From contig OY769902.1 in the NCBI GenBank assembly GCA_963669175.1, forward strand, positions 2,816,001 to 2,880,000: DNA of 64,000 nucleotides, in the 5' to 3' direction. Position 1 is the stretch's first letter, and each line of letters opens with the position of its first letter. Positions 29,921 through 39,771 of the stretch are shown one piece after another. The notes under the pieces were generated by a model that had not been told where the DNA came from, searched no databases, and was given only the letters and a program-made list of their open reading frames with translations. A program made the translations under genes and the position numbers. The DNA is from a bacterium (lineage in GTDB: Bacteria > Electryoneota > Electryoneia > Electryoneales > Electryoneaceae).

Positions 29921-30310
29921 ATGGCGCGATTCAACCCATACGCGCAGTACCAGAACACTCAGGTGGAATCAGCAGACCCCGGGTCGCTGGTGGTAACCTG
30001 TTATGATGCTGCGATTCGTTCCGTACATGGCGCCGCAGAAGCCATGCGAACGAAAGACTACCAGAATCGTGTTCGGCATTTTGACCTGGCTTTTGACCTG
30101 ATTAACGAGCTGCGCGGTTCGCTGAACAAGGAAAAAGGGGGGCAGATTGCTGAAAACCTTGAAAGATTGTATGGTTATTTTACTTCTGAGTTGTTGATGG
30201 CGAATGCCAACAATGACCCGGACAGGCTTGAACCGATTGAACGTATGCTCAAGGATTTGCGTTCAGCATGGAATGAAGCGCGCAAAGAAAGTAAGTCAGC
30301 GACCGCGTAA
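29921..30310 (+). CDS. fliS: Flagellin chaperone FliS
   Basis: YQNTQVESADP, YDAAI, GGQIAENLERLY, LRSAW. Confidence 0.95.
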   Translation: MARFNPYAQYQNTQVESADPGSLVVTCYDAAIRSVHGAAEAMRTKDYQNRVRHFDLAFDLINELRGSLNKEKGGQIAENLERLYGYFTSELLMANANNDPDRLEPIERMLKDLRSAWNEARKESKSATA

Positions 30311-30364
30311 ACCTTATCCCCAGGCCAGCGGTTGCAACTTGATAGCCTCAGACCGGAGGTAATT

Positions 30365-30847
30365 ATGGTGGACCGGATACCGGACAGCTCAAATCCGTTT
30401 CGAGTCCAACCTGATAAGACTCATCAGACAGATGAGCTGAACCGGGTTGAAAAACCAGGTGGAACGGAGAGTATTTCGCCGCAACAGTCGGAATCGGATG
30501 TCAGCCGGTTCTCGGTTGATGCGGCTGAAGTGGCTCGTTACCAGGAGCTTGCTCGGCTTCACCTGGAGGCGTATGCCGATGTTGAAGATACTCAACGTCA
30601 GGAAAAGCTGAATCTGATCAAGCAGCGGGTTCAAGAGGGGTATTATGATCAACCGGAAGTGGTTGATGCCCTTACGGATTCTCTTGTGACACGTACACTG
30701 GAAGAGGCCGGTACAGCCGATAACCTGGATGCTGTGCGAGGACGAGTCGATCAGAACTACTATGACAGACCAAAAGTGATTGAAAAAACAGCAGAGAAAA
30801 TGACCCGGGCGGTGCTACCAAACCAGGCGCCACCTGAAGAGGAATAG
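30365..30847 (+). CDS. FlgM-like anti-sigma28 protein with duplicated C-terminal motif
   Basis: EKLNLIKQRVQEGYYDQPEV and DNLDAVRGRVDQNYYDRPKV; RBS GGAGGT. Confidence 0.6.
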   Translation: MVDRIPDSSNPFRVQPDKTHQTDELNRVEKPGGTESISPQQSESDVSRFSVDAAEVARYQELARLHLEAYADVEDTQRQEKLNLIKQRVQEGYYDQPEVVDALTDSLVTRTLEEAGTADNLDAVRGRVDQNYYDRPKVIEKTAEKMTRAVLPNQAPPEEE

Positions 30848-30860
30848 GTTTTCGACGTAT

Positions 30861-30885
30861 ACCCGGCTTCGCGCCGGGTTTTATT
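30861..30885 (+). terminator. Intrinsic terminator closing the flagellar cluster
   Basis: ACCCGGC-TTCGC-GCCGGGT followed by TTTATT. Confidence 0.75.
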
Positions 30886-30955
30886 GTGCAGGCGCCTCCG
30901 TACTGATCGCAGCTTGCCATGTTTTAGCGTGCCAAATAAAAATGTATATTCACAT

Positions 30956-31342
30956 ATGACAGAAATCATCGAAAAACGAGGGATTGAAACAACAAAACCA
31001 TCCCGGTCAGAAGAATTGAAAATGGTGTTCTTCTGGGTTTGGACACTATTTTCAATTGTCATTTTCCTGGTGATATTAACTGCATTTCTGATCCCGCAAG
31101 ACGTAATAGCTTCGATTCTGCCACCTTGTCCACAGTTGGTCAGGACAGGCAAACCCTGTCCGCTGTGTGGAATGACCAGAGCTTTTTATGCCATTTCATC
31201 TCTGGATTTTGAGACAGCATTGGAATTTCATAAGTACAGTATTCTCTTGTTCATTGTTTTCTTTGTGAATCAACTGGTTTTCGTTGTCGTGATTGTGAGG
31301 CAGTTTTTTCAGCGACTGAAACTGAGAAGTACTACACAATGA
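30956..31342 (+). CDS. DUF2752-like membrane protein
   Basis: CP...TGKPCPLCGMTRAF with flanking TM helices. Confidence 0.8.
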   Translation: MTEIIEKRGIETTKPSRSEELKMVFFWVWTLFSIVIFLVILTAFLIPQDVIASILPPCPQLVRTGKPCPLCGMTRAFYAISSLDFETALEFHKYSILLFIVFFVNQLVFVVVIVRQFFQRLKLRSTTQ

Positions 31343-31400
31343 AGCACGAATCTATTATATTCTTCCATTGGGCGAAAAACATTTAAGGGAGGTGAGCAGC

Positions 31401-31649
31401 ATGAACAAGCGCATGATGTCGTTAATCTGGGGTATCGCAGTATTCGTCGGAATGATCATTGCGTTCTTCCCGTGTCTAGGTTGGATGAACTGGCTGGTCA
31501 TACCACTGGCTATCGCAGGCGTTGTAATTAGTGCAGTAGTTCTATCCAAGGAAGAGGATCGTACTTTCCCGGTTATCGGATTGGTATTGAGCATCATGTC
31601 TGTGGTACTTGGCTCGTTCCGGTTGATTATGGGCGCGGGTATCATGTAA
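31401..31649 (+). CDS. Small membrane protein
   Basis: RBS GGAGGTGA; three hydrophobic segments; FPCLGWMNW. Confidence 0.75.
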   Translation: MNKRMMSLIWGIAVFVGMIIAFFPCLGWMNWLVIPLAIAGVVISAVVLSKEEDRTFPVIGLVLSIMSVVLGSFRLIMGAGIM

Positions 31650-31677
31650 GCTGTTTTTTCAACAAAGTGTTACAATT

Positions 31678-31722
31678 CCGGCAACAGTATTCCTACTATT
31701 GAATAAGGTTGTCGGTTTTTTT
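31678..31722 (+). terminator. Putative intrinsic terminator
   Basis: CCGGCAAC...GTTGTCGG followed by a T run. Confidence 0.5.
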
Positions 31723-31736
31723 TAGAGGATTTTTCA

Positions 31737-32855
31737 ATGCGGATCGCATTTCTGATAGAATCACTTGGCGCCGGCGGTGCAGAACGTCAGATGGTCAACC
31801 TCGCAACAGGTTTGTTCGAACGCGGACATGATATTGCTGTAGCCTATTATGATGATCGTCAATTTTTCCGCCCAATGCTGGAAGAAGCCGGTATTGAACC
31901 TGTTTTCCTTAATGAGCTTCGTACTTTTTCCCGTGTCCGTAAAGTTGCAGGATGGCTGAAGTCCTATAAGCCGGATCTCGTTCAGTCTTATTTACGGGGC
32001 AGCAACCTGACCGCAGAATGGGCGTCAGTATTTGGGAAACGGTATAAGCTAGTCGTTTCAGAACGATCCATGTACGGCTGGTATCCCTACCAGATCAGCA
32101 AGTACGGTTTTGCGCACCAGAATGTGATGAATCATGTTGCGGATTGGATGGTGTTGAATTCGCATCACAGTATGGAAAACCTGAAAAAATACGCACCTCT
32201 GATGGTTCAAAAGGCATCCGTGATCTGGAATATTGCCGACCTGGAAACATTTCGACCTTTGCCAGGAAAAAAAGACCGTGGCAAGCCATTCCGGTTTGTT
32301 GCCGTTTCGTCCTATCATCGGTGTAAGAATGCGCCACGAGTCGCTGGCGCTGTCCGCAGGCTGGTAGAGGATGGGTACACAGAGTTCAAAGTTACCTGGT
32401 TGGGACGTATTCCAGAAAAACCGGAACCAGAGGATGAGTATCGCAAGGTTGACACATACCTGAAACGCCATGACCTGTCCAGGTACTTTGAGACACCGGG
32501 ACGTCAATCCAATGTGCATGAGTATCTCCAGAAAGCTGACGCGCTCTTGCATGTTACCAAGTTCGAAGGATTACCGAACGCGGTAGTGGAAGGGATGGCC
32601 AGCGGTCTGCCGATAGTGGCATCACGAGTCTCGGATGTGCCACGCATGGTTACAAATGGCGAAAACGGTTTCCTGTGCGATGCCTATGATGTTGATTCGA
32701 TTGTTGCTGTTATGAAAAGCTGTATGGATTCGGAACAGGAGGATCTGGTCAGGATGGGGAGGGTATCGCGCCAACGTGCCGAAAGAATGTTCAACAAAGA
32801 GCATTTCCTTGATAACTATGAAAATTTGTATGCAAGATTGCTTGCCTTCCGATAA
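31737..32855 (+). CDS. GT4 glycosyltransferase
   Basis: GGAERQ, EGLPNAVVEGMASGLPIVAS, GENGFL. Confidence 0.92.
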   Translation: MRIAFLIESLGAGGAERQMVNLATGLFERGHDIAVAYYDDRQFFRPMLEEAGIEPVFLNELRTFSRVRKVAGWLKSYKPDLVQSYLRGSNLTAEWASVFGKRYKLVVSERSMYGWYPYQISKYGFAHQNVMNHVADWMVLNSHHSMENLKKYAPLMVQKASVIWNIADLETFRPLPGKKDRGKPFRFVAVSSYHRCKNAPRVAGAVRRLVEDGYTEFKVTWLGRIPEKPEPEDEYRKVDTYLKRHDLSRYFETPGRQSNVHEYLQKADALLHVTKFEGLPNAVVEGMASGLPIVASRVSDVPRMVTNGENGFLCDAYDVDSIVAVMKSCMDSEQEDLVRMGRVSRQRAERMFNKEHFLDNYENLYARLLAFR

Positions 32856-33094
32856 ATCCTCTGTTCGTTTTTTGTAAACATCGTTTTTATATTGGGTTGC
32901 ATATATAATGTTGTATAGGACAGCAATACTACGAGATCCCCGTTTGATCCCCGACAACATCATTCGGGGAGGGGATGACATGATGCGACATTTTTGTCGA
33001 GTACTGCAATAATTGATCTTTCACGGATATGCTACATGACCATATGACGGATTAATAATGGGAATGGATTAAAGCAAAAACCGATTCTTATACA

Positions 33095-33153
33095 TTGATA
33101 TTATTGGTAATAGAATGATTCGCTATGTTGTACTCATGAAATATTCGGGTTAA
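33095..33153. mobile_element. Solitary IS-like end related to the MITE at 52.1-52.5 kb
   Basis: TCATGAAATATTCGGG is identical to 52531-52546 and is followed by TTAA; weak upstream similarity. Confidence 0.55.
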
Positions 33154-33196
33154 TAATGAGAACCGCTCAGTTTCACATCGTCATTTCATGCCAAAG

Positions 33197-33229
33197 AAAA
33201 CCGGCAACGCCTTAAAGACGTTGCCGGTT
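33197..33229 (-). terminator. Terminator of the C25 gene
   Basis: AACCGGCAACG...CGTTGCCGGTT stem with A-tract on its left. Confidence 0.7.
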
Positions 33230-33251
33230 GGTTGTTCAGGACAGATCAGGC

Positions 33252-36200
33252 TTACTTCATCAGGATCAGCCTCGTAGTCTCGTTGATCGGGCCAGCCTGG
33301 AAGTTGAGGAAGTACATACCGCTTGCCAGGTTGCTGCCGTCAAAGGTCAACTGGTGGAAACCGGCTTGCATGGGTTGGTTGGCCAGGGTGGCAACCTTCT
33401 GACCCAGCAAGTTAAACACAGTGGCCTTTACGACCGCTGTTTCCGGCAAGCCGAATTTAACCCGTGCAATGGGATTAAACGGATTCGGATAGGCGCCATC
33501 AAAGCTGAATTCTGTCGGCAGGTCATTAGTGGGTTGATCTCCTAATCCCTTGCCGTCGTCAACAATCATGGTCACATCAACCCATTCCTGGTCTTCAGTG
33601 CAGGCGTTATGACTGATCTCGACCGCAACTGTGAATGTATCGGCCGGAAGACCATAGGAATGCAACCGGAGCTCAACCGTCTCCGTCTCACCAGCCGCTA
33701 CTGTGCCAGTTGGGTTCTGGATGCTGATCCAGTTGGAGTATGTGTCGATTTCCCACAAGTCAACCTTGTCAATATCACTGCTTTCCAGTATGCTGATATA
33801 TTGCCATACGGACGGATCCCACAGATAGGTAATATCACCGCCAGATGCAGTATAGCCATCATCACAAAGGAAAGTATGTACCGGACGCAGGTCGCCCGTG
33901 GTTGGGTTCATCTTGATGATATTGACTTCAGCTTCACCGCTCGCCTGGCCGATGAAGTAAACACTGTAGCCATCATCATCTTCCGGGAACCAACCGCCAC
34001 CACGAGGATAGAAAGTCTGGGTGAATTCATAAAGGATACCGGTGCTGTCGGGATTGATCACACGAATTTGAGTCCCGTAATCACCCACGTAGAAGTTGTA
34101 GGTATTCGGATCAAGGACAATATACCGTGCCGGGTTTGCAGGGATATCCCAGCTATCGACCGAAGTCCAACTGTCGCCGTCAAACTCCATCTGGTACATG
34201 ATACCATTATCCGCCGCATACAGGTATTCGCCATCCCAGGCCATGCCAAAGAATCCCTGGCTGCTGCGATCTGAAGCAGGTACCGGTTGATCAAATGTAG
34301 CGACATAGCTACCATTCTCATCGTACTGATACAACTTGTTCGGACCAGCGACATCATAATTGTCCGAACCACTTACCCAGAAAAATTCACCGTCGAAGAT
34401 CACACCATGATAGCGTGTCTCTATCGCGCTGAGCTCGAATTCACCAATAACATCCCAGTTCTCATCCAGTTCATTACCACTTCGAACTGGTCCACGGTTG
34501 CCATTATCGCCTCCGCTATTGAGCATTGCCTCATTTGGGAAATGGAGGCTTGCGTCGTAGTACAAGGGGCCGTTGCCATCGTTTGTGATGTCAAACTGCA
34601 TGACCATTTCTGAATCCGGAGGCGCTACAATGGACAGTTCTGTTGTGGACAAATCGAATTCGGGATGTGTGAGGCTGGCGCTGGCTTCAGTATTGGCGCC
34701 ATCTAACACCTCAACGCCATCAAGGGTCACCGGATTGTAACAGTCGGCTTCAATGACAAAATCATGTACACCGACAAACATGTCCTCAATAAGGTATTCA
34801 CCCTGCGCGTCTGTGACTCCGCTGAACAACCAGTTCGAAGTGTGAACGCAAGCGCCTTCGATCGGACTGTTGGTTTCCGAGTCGGTTACGGTTCCGTATA
34901 CACCACCGAACGGGATTGCGGTGTTCGTAGTAAACTTAATCGCGCGGCCTTCAGTAATCGCGGAAGAGCCAGGCGAGTATTCGTTCCAATACGCTACAAG
35001 CAAACCATCGGTCTGATCGCCGTTCTCGATCCCCGTGGTCCAGTAAGGCACGTCAAAGCTCATACCGCCAGAGGAATGATCGCATTCACCGTACTGGAAT
35101 ACGAACTCGTTATCACCGGTTCGTGTGGGATACATTTCTGTATCGTAGAAAATGACTTCAAAAGTGCTTTCGTATGAAGTATTATGATGCCGCATCTTGT
35201 AAAATTCGAAGATCATGCGGCCATCGTCTTCATCGTGGTAGTACAGGATTTTGCAATCGCCGTTTGTTTGCAGGTTATCCCAGTAAGGGGCAATCATGTC
35301 GTTCGGACCGCCTGGCGTAGGAATGCTCCAGTTACGGTTGTTGCAGATGCTGGGCTGCAAGCCCAGCGCCAGGAAGCCATTGGTGGTAATGGAGATATAG
35401 TCGAATGTCTGGCCGTAATAGGTAATCGGGAATCCATGAACCTCCAGGTTCAGCGTATCACCTTCATCGTCATCTTCTGAAAGGTCTTCAATATCAATCT
35501 CGATGCCTTCGAAGTCATAACCGTTTACGGCAGAATTGATCTCAACCCAATCAAAAGTTGGAGCGTATTCATAGTCAGTGTCGACATTTTCAAATCCCAT
35601 ATACCCGTAGTTGTCCGGGCCGATAGGATCTGTTGGGGCACGTTCACCGAATATGATGTTTGCATAAGCCGTATCAACCTGTCCCGTTTCAGTAGTCACG
35701 ACCAGCATGGTTTTTGCGCTGTAACCGGGGAAACCATCTTCAAGCGCCGCAACCGTGAATTCAGAGGTCACGTTTTCTTCGTTGATCTCGATTGCAGGAA
35801 CAGTGCCGGTTGGTTGAGTGACGCGCAACCAGGGATCCATGCTGACAAGCAGTGCTGTACCAGCGGCGCCATCGCTCAATCCGGCATTACCCAGGGTGAA
35901 TGCTACGTTTTGGACTGTACCGGGTTGAAGTTCGCCTGAAAAGGCTGCCTGTGTAACCACAAAGTTGGGGGCCGACAGTGACATCTCTATCCCGTCTGTC
36001 ACTGTTCCAGCAGATGTTTCAATAGTGAAATGTACCGGTACAATCCACCTGTCCTGAGCAGCGGGAGCGATCTCAACGATAATCAGCCCTGAGCCAAGAG
36101 AAGTCTGGTTCTGCTCGAGCGACGCCAGGGTGATTTCGCCAAAAGTATCTGTGATGTAAGGATCATCAATATCGCCTGTCACAGATATGTCAGTTAAGGT

Positions 36201-38333
36201 CTCATTGCCGTAATTCTTCAGCGTCATCTGGATGCCGATACGTTCACCTGCTTCAGGAATACCATCCCCGTCGCCAATGGTGCCGGTCATGCCATTATCA
36301 ATGAATTCAAAATCACTGTAGCCGACTGAACCGCCAATGACACCAACGCTGACATCAACCTGTGTCGGTGCGAAATTCAGCTTGGTTACCGTTACTTTCG
36401 CTGCGCCGGCCGATATTACTTCCGGGTAGAATGTGACCTGACCGTTTGCATCGGTATACTTGGAAATCTGGACCTCGTCCTGACCGGAGTCCTTATAGAA
36501 TGTTACCCACGCATCTACTACAGGTTCGCCGTCCTCTTCCACGGTGACCGTATACTCACGTTGTCCGAGCGTAAGCGTTTCTGACGCTTCCACATCGAAT
36601 TGATGCGGGATATCTGTCCACATGTACACCAGTGGATCGCCCATGCAGTTGTACCAACGCAGGAAGCGATCCATTTCATTGTCACGGCCATTGTAGTTCA
36701 CATAACAGTTGACCTTGGAAACATACATCAGGTCGCCCGGGGTTGGGAATTGCATCTGGAGCATACCCCAGCCTGAAGCGCCTGACAATACATTGTTGAA
36801 GTTCGGGTGTGTCATTGCTGTGGACATGGCCATGCAGACAACACCACCACGAGGAGTGCCAACTGTTCCGTGAAGCATGAACGCTTCGCTGATTGCCAGA
36901 CCGCCTGACCAGCAACCTGTTGCGCACGTTACATCAATAACAACAGGCGTCATGTAATCGTTTTCAAGTTCGTACACTTCATCAATGCTCAAGCCCTGGC
37001 CATAGTAGCCACGTTCAGCATAGAGGCTGACACCATTATCAATGCATTCCTGTGCAAAGGGATCCTGGCCGCCCCAGTTGACTGTGTCTACCTGGGTAAA
37101 ACCAAGTTTGTTCAACAGCAGGTACTTGTAGTAACGGTGCATGATGATCTTGCTGATACCGCCGCCATTGGTGTTGGCACGGTTCAGCATGGCACGGAGG
37201 TACCAGTCGGTATTATCAAAATCAACATCACGTTCGTATAGGAGCAGTTTTGCTACATATGCGGCGGCCTGTGCGACTGTTTGCACGGAAATTCGACCGC
37301 TTCCAAGGTCGGCCAGGTTATCGTTGCCAACAAGGCAGCAATACGGTTGGTCGCCGTTGTCTTCACCGCAACCACCGGAACCTGCCGGGACAGCGAAGGC
37401 GCCCTGGTCATCACCGATTACTACGACGTAATCGTAAGGATCACGCATCGTTTCGTAGCGAGATATCAACTCATTACGAATGTTGGTGGCACTCCAGCCA
37501 ATATCACTGTCAGTAATGAAATCAAGGCGCCAGCCTTTTTCCCGCTTCCACTCGATCCAGTCTTCCATGGCAGTCCAAAGTGCGTCGTCATCAACCATGA
37601 CAACAGCGACTGTGCCATCGTAGAACTCGTAATCATTCAATTCATCCAGTTCCCAATCAAGGAATGCTTCGTACATGGGAACCATCCTGCGGCTCAATCG
37701 ATTCGGCCACTGCGCAAGTGTATTCCTGTCATCAACGCCTTCATAGCGGATCTGGACACGGATGGATGAATACACGCGCACTTCGTTACGCGCCGGATTG
37801 ACCTGAACCGGATAGGTCACGAGGTTTGCTACACGAAAATCGTGCATGATAGCCGGCTCGCCTACCTCAGCAAGCGTACCCGGATACCAGCTATCCTCGT
37901 TATTCGACACACTCGTATACTGAATCGCGGTTTCAGGGCCTTCGTTCAGCTCATCACTGAAAAGGGCCGCGTATTCAACGTCCGAATATGTCACATATTC
38001 AGATCCAATTACCTCGACGACTACGCCACTGCGCGGAGGAATACGGAATAACGATGCCGCAACGGGAACATAGGGCATGCCCGCATCATCAAGTGCGCCA
38101 CTCAGAGGAAACGCAGCAAATTCCAACTGGGAACCGTCTGCACCATCCACCCCAAGCCACGTGGGATCTTCAATGTCAAGGGTCGCAGTGATTCCGGACT
38201 CATCGACTTGGAGATCAACAACTTGAAATGGCTGGATTTGCTGGTTGGATACATCTGTCAGGTGGGGTGAATCTGCGGCAAAGGCTAGTCCAGCCAGAGC
38301 CAAAACAAGTAAAACCGTAATACAGATACGCAT
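33252..38333 (-). CDS. Gingipain-like peptidase C25 family multidomain protein with T9SS-type C-terminal tail
   Basis: Signal peptide; propeptide (YPVQVNP); YVVVIGD, GRISV, DVTCATG, MGDP; carboxypeptidase-regulatory-like repeat; YPNPFNP...LASGMYF...LILMK. Confidence 0.88.
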   Translation of the reverse strand: MRICITVLLVLALAGLAFAADSPHLTDVSNQQIQPFQVVDLQVDESGITATLDIEDPTWLGVDGADGSQLEFAAFPLSGALDDAGMPYVPVAASLFRIPPRSGVVVEVIGSEYVTYSDVEYAALFSDELNEGPETAIQYTSVSNNEDSWYPGTLAEVGEPAIMHDFRVANLVTYPVQVNPARNEVRVYSSIRVQIRYEGVDDRNTLAQWPNRLSRRMVPMYEAFLDWELDELNDYEFYDGTVAVVMVDDDALWTAMEDWIEWKREKGWRLDFITDSDIGWSATNIRNELISRYETMRDPYDYVVVIGDDQGAFAVPAGSGGCGEDNGDQPYCCLVGNDNLADLGSGRISVQTVAQAAAYVAKLLLYERDVDFDNTDWYLRAMLNRANTNGGGISKIIMHRYYKYLLLNKLGFTQVDTVNWGGQDPFAQECIDNGVSLYAERGYYGQGLSIDEVYELENDYMTPVVIDVTCATGCWSGGLAISEAFMLHGTVGTPRGGVVCMAMSTAMTHPNFNNVLSGASGWGMLQMQFPTPGDLMYVSKVNCYVNYNGRDNEMDRFLRWYNCMGDPLVYMWTDIPHQFDVEASETLTLGQREYTVTVEEDGEPVVDAWVTFYKDSGQDEVQISKYTDANGQVTFYPEVISAGAAKVTVTKLNFAPTQVDVSVGVIGGSVGYSDFEFIDNGMTGTIGDGDGIPEAGERIGIQMTLKNYGNETLTDISVTGDIDDPYITDTFGEITLASLEQNQTSLGSGLIIVEIAPAAQDRWIVPVHFTIETSAGTVTDGIEMSLSAPNFVVTQAAFSGELQPGTVQNVAFTLGNAGLSDGAAGTALLVSMDPWLRVTQPTGTVPAIEINEENVTSEFTVAALEDGFPGYSAKTMLVVTTETGQVDTAYANIIFGERAPTDPIGPDNYGYMGFENVDTDYEYAPTFDWVEINSAVNGYDFEGIEIDIEDLSEDDDEGDTLNLEVHGFPITYYGQTFDYISITTNGFLALGLQPSICNNRNWSIPTPGGPNDMIAPYWDNLQTNGDCKILYYHDEDDGRMIFEFYKMRHHNTSYESTFEVIFYDTEMYPTRTGDNEFVFQYGECDHSSGGMSFDVPYWTTGIENGDQTDGLLVAYWNEYSPGSSAITEGRAIKFTTNTAIPFGGVYGTVTDSETNSPIEGACVHTSNWLFSGVTDAQGEYLIEDMFVGVHDFVIEADCYNPVTLDGVEVLDGANTEASASLTHPEFDLSTTELSIVAPPDSEMVMQFDITNDGNGPLYYDASLHFPNEAMLNSGGDNGNRGPVRSGNELDENWDVIGEFELSAIETRYHGVIFDGEFFWVSGSDNYDVAGPNKLYQYDENGSYVATFDQPVPASDRSSQGFFGMAWDGEYLYAADNGIMYQMEFDGDSWTSVDSWDIPANPARYIVLDPNTYNFYVGDYGTQIRVINPDSTGILYEFTQTFYPRGGGWFPEDDDGYSVYFIGQASGEAEVNIIKMNPTTGDLRPVHTFLCDDGYTASGGDITYLWDPSVWQYISILESSDIDKVDLWEIDTYSNWISIQNPTGTVAAGETETVELRLHSYGLPADTFTVAVEISHNACTEDQEWVDVTMIVDDGKGLGDQPTNDLPTEFSFDGAYPNPFNPIARVKFGLPETAVVKATVFNLLGQKVATLANQPMQAGFHQLTFDGSNLASGMYFLNFQAGPINETTRLILMK

Positions 38334-38756
38334 CGTTGTTCCTCCAAGGCAAAAGTAAGCTTTTCCTGGTTAACACGTCGTCGTCTATGAAAAGAACTCA
38401 ATCACGGAACTCGTTTTTGAAATTCCATACATCCAACTAAAATACGTCAAAGCTCAGCTTCATGCTCCCTTCTGCAACTATTTCTCAAAAAAATTGCAAA
38501 ATTTTACAGAAAAACAACGGCTCCCGAGACACTGTCCTGAGAACCTGAACCGGTTGGTACTATTCACTTTCTTCCTGTTTCATTTGACATAAGGGACGTT
38601 CATATTCTACCTTGAAAAGACCTGAATGGACAGAAGAATTCGTGTACAATTAAATCCTGTTACGAGTGGCTGTCAAATCCTGTTCTACAACATTGTTAAG
38701 GTTTTATCAGGATAAGGTAAAGTGGGCCTCAAAGGACAGGTAACCTTGCAGCAGGG

Positions 38757-39671
38757 ATGATCATGCACCTTTTCCAATGTGGTACCCGCCCGGGATCGAG
38801 ATTGGTCCTGGTCATTGTGTTGGCCATTCTCTTCTCTGTCGCCGGGGCAAAAGCTCAGGAAGTCAACATACATCCCATCATTGAACCACCGTTCCTGATC
38901 GGTGGGAAAGATACTGTGATGGCGCATGTGTATACCTATGATCTTTTTCCTGCGCCAGCGTTGGACTTGGACATCGATGGCGATGCGATTGTTCAGTTCA
39001 CTGTTGATACCTCCGGCTCACCCATCAATGTAGAGCTGTTCCAGGAACGTCCTGAGGGGCTGGGCTTCGGGGATTCTGCGGTAGTCGCAGTGAAGGCGCT
39101 ACGTTTCGTGGTTCCCCAGACACGGTTGCCCGATGGAAGTATCGGGAAGGCGCCGGTTCTTATGCAGCAGGTTGTACGGTTCCGTTGTGATGAGTACCGT
39201 GAATACAAACGCACCCACCCGAACGTCCGCCAGGTCACACGTCCAGCGCCTCCCGATCCGTCCGGTGCAATGGGCTGGCCGCTGCCGAATCCTGAACCAC
39301 CACCGCCGCCGCAGAAATCTGATTATTCGACGCCTGCAATGCCAGTTCAGGCGGAAGAGATGGGCATCGAACCGCAACTGGTCGGTGGGGAAGAGGCGCT
39401 GTACGAGTATATCCGTACCCACAACCTCTACCCGCAACAGGCCTGCGACGCCGCCATCGAGGGCGATGTCCTGCTGGAATACACCGTCACCCCACAAGGG
39501 CAGATTGTCGATATCAAGGTTGTGCAGGAACGCCCCAGTGGACTTGGCTTCGGTGATGCCGCCCGGAAAGCCATTGAAGCCATGAGCTACATTCCCGATA
39601 AAAGACAGGTGAAGGAAGAGTTGTATCTGAGAGTGAAGATGATTGTCAGGTTTGGTCCAGAAAATGGGTGA
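38757..39671 (+). CDS. TonB family protein with two TonB_C domains
   Basis: Duplicated FP/YP..A...I.GD....F/YTV...G...QERP.GLGFGD.A motif around a Pro-rich linker. Confidence 0.85.
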   Translation: MIMHLFQCGTRPGSRLVLVIVLAILFSVAGAKAQEVNIHPIIEPPFLIGGKDTVMAHVYTYDLFPAPALDLDIDGDAIVQFTVDTSGSPINVELFQERPEGLGFGDSAVVAVKALRFVVPQTRLPDGSIGKAPVLMQQVVRFRCDEYREYKRTHPNVRQVTRPAPPDPSGAMGWPLPNPEPPPPPQKSDYSTPAMPVQAEEMGIEPQLVGGEEALYEYIRTHNLYPQQACDAAIEGDVLLEYTVTPQGQIVDIKVVQERPSGLGFGDAARKAIEAMSYIPDKRQVKEELYLRVKMIVRFGPENG

Positions 39672-39771
39672 ATGTAATGTTCGTGATAATGAACAGATTT
39701 TCATTGAATCTGGACAAAACACTACGCTATGTATATATTATTTACTTGAGATTGGATAACTGGGGTCGGTT

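Noticed and set aside
38757-39671. Internal duplication in the TonB gene as a DGR template/variable repeat pair
   Set aside because: It is an ordinary tandem domain duplication, the differences are not adenine-specific, and no reverse transcriptase is present
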